From IMG/VR virus record IMGVR_UViG_3300020045_006226, positions 1 to 39,245 of that record: DNA of 39,245 nucleotides; one strand, written 5' to 3'. Origin of the DNA: a virus (lineage: Duplodnaviria > Caudoviricetes). Below are positions 34,708 to 39,245 of the stretch, piece after piece. The number at the start of each line of letters is the position of its first letter. The first letter of the stretch is position 1. Under the pieces are notes generated by a model. That model ran no database searches and had not been told where the DNA came from. It saw nothing but the letters and a program-made list of their open reading frames with translations. A program made the translations under genes and the position numbers.

Positions 34708-35187
34708 ATGGCAACTATTCAGGACAAAATAAAAGCTTGTGATTATGTGATAGCAAATATGCTATCGGAGCAGGCACGTATTATTCGCAGGAATGAAAAC
34801 AAAATTATTGCTTTAAATACGGGGCAATTTGAAAATGGAATAGGGAGTGATGATAAAAGGCTTATTAATTCAGATAAAAGATATTCCGGAAGATATACTT
34901 ATTTTACTCAACAAGTAGCCTTGTACGAAAATCCTATAGCCCCTAAAGTAGAAGGTAGTTTATATAATTTTGCATGGAATGGAGATTTTTTAAGAGGAAT
35001 GTATGTTTATATCGAACCTAATAACGAAACCATATTTTTAGACAGTACAGGTACCGGATCAGGATCTAAAGCAAAATTCTTCTCAGGATATAATAATCTT
35101 TTTGGATTAAATAAAAGAAGCGAAGAAATAGTAAATTACGACATAATTTTACCTGAATTACTTCAATGGATAAAAAAATATATATGA
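34708..35187 (+). CDS. Putative tail completion/morphogenesis protein
   Basis: Synteny; 159 aa. Confidence 0.5.
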   Translation: MATIQDKIKACDYVIANMLSEQARIIRRNENKIIALNTGQFENGIGSDDKRLINSDKRYSGRYTYFTQQVALYENPIAPKVEGSLYNFAWNGDFLRGMYVYIEPNNETIFLDSTGTGSGSKAKFFSGYNNLFGLNKRSEEIVNYDIILPELLQWIKKYI

Positions 35188-35816
35188 AAAAAGTAAAATC
35201 ACTGCCAAATCACTACGCAACAATCGACCACTTAACGTTATACAGATGGGATAAATACACGCAAACAAAAGATAATAACTGGTTTTTAGTAGATTATGAT
35301 GGTAGGCAACCTAAAATTGAACACGCTGAATTAAATACCGTTGAAGAATCATTACAAGATCAATATTTTAAAGCTGTTGATGATAGATCTTTTTCATTAA
35401 AACTACAGAAGTGGGCAAAAATTGGTTGGCTACAAAGAAAATATAATACAGTAGATACTTTGCTTTGGGTTATGTGGCAAGGATTCGGAAATGATAAAAC
35501 AGAAATGGAACAGCGTTATTTAATAATTCAGCAATTAAAGTCGTGGGGGTTTAGATTCCCGGAACTGAATAGCGTGGTGGCAGATAGGGATTTAATTATT
35601 CAATTTAGATCCGTTTTAGAGGGGATAAAAACCCAAATAGGAATGCTTTCAAATGAACTTAAAGAAGATGGAATAAAAGAGCGATCAAATTTATATAAAC
35701 AAATCTCAATTGCTAAAATGGCACTCCCTGGATATGAAATAAACCCACGTATAATGGTTGTAGCCGAATGGATTGAGGTTTGCAAATTGGTACAAGAAAA
35801 AGCTAAACAAAATTAG
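35184..35816 (+). CDS. Putative tail assembly chaperone
   Basis: Immediately before the tape measure gene; ATGA overlap at 35184. Confidence 0.5.
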   Translation: MKKVKSLPNHYATIDHLTLYRWDKYTQTKDNNWFLVDYDGRQPKIEHAELNTVEESLQDQYFKAVDDRSFSLKLQKWAKIGWLQRKYNTVDTLLWVMWQGFGNDKTEMEQRYLIIQQLKSWGFRFPELNSVVADRDLIIQFRSVLEGIKTQIGMLSNELKEDGIKERSNLYKQISIAKMALPGYEINPRIMVVAEWIEVCKLVQEKAKQN

Positions 35817-35819
35817 ATT

Positions 35820-38456
35820 ATGGCTGATGAAATTACAATAGGAACAAAAGCGATTAAAGAAGTACAGGATTTACGCGCTGAATTGATTAAGCTTTCTCAG
35901 GATGCTTTGAATGCAGGAAAAACTTTATCTAACATTTCAACTCCTGGAATGCTGAATAAATCAGGATCTGATAATGCAAATGCAAGCGCACAACTTGATA
36001 CTTTCAAAACTAAATATGTTGCCCTTAGCGAAACCATTCAAAAAGGTGCGGAAAAATCACGTTTAGCAGAAATTCGTTTACAGCAACAAAGGGAAAGAGC
36101 ATTTGATTCTTTTGAACGTAACGCTAAAAAAGAACAGGCAACACTTGAAAAAACAAATAGTGTTTATAATAGAACTCAAACCCAAATAAACAATCTTACA
36201 AAAGCCTATAATGATTTAGCGATCAAAAAAGAACGTTACAACAATTTATCAGCATACGAAGAAAGTCGTTTAAAAACACTTCAAGCTGTTACAGAAAAAT
36301 ACAATGGTGTATTAAAAAATACGGATGCGCAAATAGGCAAATATGGTCGTAATGTAGGAAATTATTCGAGCCAATGGAACGGGTTAGGTAACGCTGTTAA
36401 TCAATTAACCCGGGAAGCTCCAGCATTTGCGAATAGTTTAAATACTGGATTCATGGCTCTATCAAATAACATTCCGATTTTATTTGATGAATTAACTAAA
36501 TTAAGACAGGCAAATGTTGAGCTTGCAAAAAGCGGACAGCCTACAAAATCAATTTTTGGACAATTAACGGGCGCTTTATTTTCATGGGGCACAGCTCTGT
36601 CGTTAGGAGTTACTTTACTTACTTTATATGGGGGAACTTTAATAGATTCCATAACTGGATCTAAAAAGAAAAAAGAAGCTTTAGAGGCTGAGAAAAAGGC
36701 ATTAGAAGAAAAAACAAAAGCTGAACAAGATGCAAGAGATGCAATTGCAAATGTTCAAGCAATTGAAGTTTCAAGAAGTAAAATTTTGTTTGAAACGGCT
36801 AAGAATTTAACACTATCTTATAAGCAGAGATCGGAAGCAGTGAAAGAACTTCAGCAAAGATACCCTGATTATTTAGGACATTTAAGTAAAGAGGAGATTC
36901 TGGCAGGAGATACGGCAAAGGCTGAGGAAGAACTTAATTCCGCATTAATTAACAGAGGTAAGGCATTGGCTGCCCAAAAGTTTTTACAAACAAATTTAGA
37001 AAAACAACTTTCTTTAGAAATAGAGCTTGCTAAACTTAATGAAAAAAAGTTTAAATATGACGCAGAATCAAGTAAAAACGCTTCAAAAATAGTTAACGGA
37101 ATACAACAAATAAACATTTCAACAAATAAACAAAAGCAGATAGCTGATCAGAAATTTACATCTGAAAGAAACGCAAATAACGAAAGTATTGTTGCATTAA
37201 ATGAAAAACTTAGGCTTTTAAGAAATGAACAAGATGCTTTTTTAGGTGTTTACAATGAAAATGCAAAATATTTAGACACCGTAAAAGAGACAACAAAAGA
37301 GAAAAACGAACAGGCAAAAACAAGTAAAATAGAATCTGTAAACCAGTTAGAACTAAACAGAGTTCAAGACGGGGCATTGTTTAGATTAAAACAATTAAAA
37401 ACAGCTTTAGAAATAACGAGAGACGAAACAGGTAAAAACGCAAGTGAGTTCGAGGCTTATAATAAATCAATAGAAGATGTTAACAAGGCTATTGACGTGC
37501 TAACTAAACCTATTAGCGTTGATGTGAAAATATACGGAATACCGGAATCTAAAAAAGAAATCAAAGAACTTAGCCAGTACATGCAAAGTTTTTTAGATGA
37601 TTTTTCATCATCAGCAGGTTTTTCGTCTACTTTTGAAATACTTCAAGGTAAGGTAAAAGATTTTGGTAAAGATTTTAAAACCACTTTTAATGGTATTGCA
37701 GAGATCGTTCAAGAAACATTTAATTTCATAAATCAAAATTCTGAAGCTAATTTTACAGCTGAAAAAACAAGGCTTGAAAATCAATATGATGTGGCTTTGA
37801 AATACGCTGGAGATAATAAGGCGGCGCAGGAAAAATTAGCTGCTGATTTAGAGAAAAGCAAAAAAGATATAGCCTACAGAGAGGCTAAAGCAAAACAAAA
37901 ACAAGCTATTTTTAATATCGCTATTGATACAGCACAGGGTATTGTTTCTGCTTTAGCTTCTACACCTCCAAATATTATATTATCTGCCATAATAGCAGGG
38001 ATAGGAGCTGCGCAAATAGCTATGGTATCTTCGCAAGAAATCCCGCAATATTGGATGGGAGGAACGCACTACGGAGGTTTAATGATGGTTAATGATGGTA
38101 AGGGCTCGAATTATCGTGAAACAATCGTAACTCCAGATGGCAAAATAATGAAGCCACAAGGCAGAAATGTTGTTATGGATGCGCCGGCAGGAACTGAAAT
38201 TTTCACGCACGACCAATGGCAAAACACATTAACAGATATGCTAAAAGGCAAAGGAATTGATAGATACGTTCCACAGCAAAATTATTCTGGCATAAGCAAA
38301 TCAGATATGAAAGATGTTTTAATGGAAACTATAGGTGGCCAATCGCAAAGCTTGATTAATTTTGACGAAAACGGCATTACTCAGTCTTTCATAAATAAAG
38401 GGAACAAAACTACAGCTTACACAAAAAGAGGTAATTCAACTAAATTAAGATTCTAA
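35820..38456 (+). CDS. Tape measure protein
   Basis: 878 aa coiled-coil A/K/E-rich protein with RNVGNY motif and hydrophobic segments. Confidence 0.9.
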   Translation: MADEITIGTKAIKEVQDLRAELIKLSQDALNAGKTLSNISTPGMLNKSGSDNANASAQLDTFKTKYVALSETIQKGAEKSRLAEIRLQQQRERAFDSFERNAKKEQATLEKTNSVYNRTQTQINNLTKAYNDLAIKKERYNNLSAYEESRLKTLQAVTEKYNGVLKNTDAQIGKYGRNVGNYSSQWNGLGNAVNQLTREAPAFANSLNTGFMALSNNIPILFDELTKLRQANVELAKSGQPTKSIFGQLTGALFSWGTALSLGVTLLTLYGGTLIDSITGSKKKKEALEAEKKALEEKTKAEQDARDAIANVQAIEVSRSKILFETAKNLTLSYKQRSEAVKELQQRYPDYLGHLSKEEILAGDTAKAEEELNSALINRGKALAAQKFLQTNLEKQLSLEIELAKLNEKKFKYDAESSKNASKIVNGIQQINISTNKQKQIADQKFTSERNANNESIVALNEKLRLLRNEQDAFLGVYNENAKYLDTVKETTKEKNEQAKTSKIESVNQLELNRVQDGALFRLKQLKTALEITRDETGKNASEFEAYNKSIEDVNKAIDVLTKPISVDVKIYGIPESKKEIKELSQYMQSFLDDFSSSAGFSSTFEILQGKVKDFGKDFKTTFNGIAEIVQETFNFINQNSEANFTAEKTRLENQYDVALKYAGDNKAAQEKLAADLEKSKKDIAYREAKAKQKQAIFNIAIDTAQGIVSALASTPPNIILSAIIAGIGAAQIAMVSSQEIPQYWMGGTHYGGLMMVNDGKGSNYRETIVTPDGKIMKPQGRNVVMDAPAGTEIFTHDQWQNTLTDMLKGKGIDRYVPQQNYSGISKSDMKDVLMETIGGQSQSLINFDENGITQSFINKGNKTTAYTKRGNSTKLRF

Positions 38457-38458
38457 CA

Positions 38459-39245
38459 ATGGCAGGAGAAAAGTTTTATTTAATATTTAGCGAACAGCCA
38501 AACAAAAGGATTCAGATTAATGAACCTGTTGGATATTCTGAGGTTGATTTTAACCTTGACCAGCGTGAAAATAAAATGGGTCGTGACGTATCATTATCAG
38601 GCGGTACGATTAACTTTAAATTTACTTTATACAGACACGGCAAAGAATTTGAAAATATTCTCTACTACGCACATAGATACGGATTTGAAGCAAAAGTAAA
38701 GCTGATAATAGTTTTATCTGATAGCACGGAATATATCGGAGAATTAGACTTTTTGACTGCAGAATCAAACGACTTTAATTATTTTCAATGTCCAGTTATC
38801 GTACAAAGTGAAACACAGGTTTTTAGAAGGAGAAGTGAAACAAAAGTTGATTTATTTTCAAGTGTTGACACTAACGGTGAGTTTATACAGCCATTAGTCC
38901 CGGTAAATATGCTTTTACAAGCAAAACCAAGCATACAGACAAGCCGATGGGAGCAAGTAACTTCATCCGGTGATAATATTTTAATTATCGTTCCGAACTA
39001 TTTCAGTTTAACACAATCTTTAATGGAGAGTGGAATAGAAGATAGTTACGTGCCTTTTAAGTTCAGAAGCACTAATCGTGTTGATATGCAAATTTTAGAA
39101 GCTAAAAGCATGTTGAAAAACGTAACCATAAGTATAAAAGATTTAGATATTCAACTTAGAACGGCATCGAGTGGAAATATTAGCGCATCGATACGTTATA
39201 TTAAAACAATAGAGAATGTAGATAATAGCAACCCTATATCTTTAG
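38459..39245 (+). CDS. 5' part of the junction-spanning tail protein; not in the ORF track
   Basis: MAGEKFYLIFSEQPNKRIQINEPVG...; open to the window end and in frame with 1-1881. Confidence 0.85.
   Translation, partial: MAGEKFYLIFSEQPNKRIQINEPVGYSEVDFNLDQRENKMGRDVSLSGGTINFKFTLYRHGKEFENILYYAHRYGFEAKVKLIIVLSDSTEYIGELDFLTAESNDFNYFQCPVIVQSETQVFRRRSETKVDLFSSVDTNGEFIQPLVPVNMLLQAKPSIQTSRWEQVTSSGDNILIIVPNYFSLTQSLMESGIEDSYVPFKFRSTNRVDMQILEAKSMLKNVTISIKDLDIQLRTASSGNISASIRYIKTIENVDNSNPISL
39125..39245. repeat. Terminal direct repeat, copy of 1-121
   Basis: Identity with the window start. Confidence 0.97.

Noticed and set aside
72-37117. All minus-strand ORFs in the track
   Set aside because: They are short, shadow better + strand genes and have no recognisable motifs
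1-39245. CRISPR array, tRNA or rRNA genes
   Set aside because: No regularly spaced repeats or cloverleaf structures were recognised by eye; tRNAscan-SE would confirm

Overview
The window is an apparently complete, circularly assembled ~39.1 kb AT-rich tailed phage genome. Bases 1-121 are identical to 39125-39245, and one tail gene reads through the junction. All credible genes lie on the + strand. Repeated TTG-N19/20-TAnnTTTG promoters point to a Bacteroidota host, probably Flavobacterium-like. Module order: tail/tail-tip genes with an inserted accessory cluster; a tailspike-like protein; lysis (holin-like proteins, M15 endolysin, u-spanin); many small early genes; recombination (SSAP, exonuclease, SSB-like); replication (SF2 helicase, putative ori, T5orf172 protein, primase-helicase, VRR-NUC); two DNA methyltransferases; TerS/TerL, portal, protease, HK97-type capsid; tail tube and tape measure. 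I found no integrase. The most unusual signals: (1) three sequence-unrelated leaders sharing one architecture, in which a 5' segment is complementary to the loop of a downstream intrinsic terminator; (2) an integron-cassette-like, attC-bounded C5 methyltransferase in a genome with no integrase; (3) 19 GGWCC sites confined to the replication module; (4) a T5orf172 protein carrying a copy of the primase C-terminal domain beside the putative origin; (5) a candidate sRNA antisense to translation starts. All calls were made by eye, without database searches.
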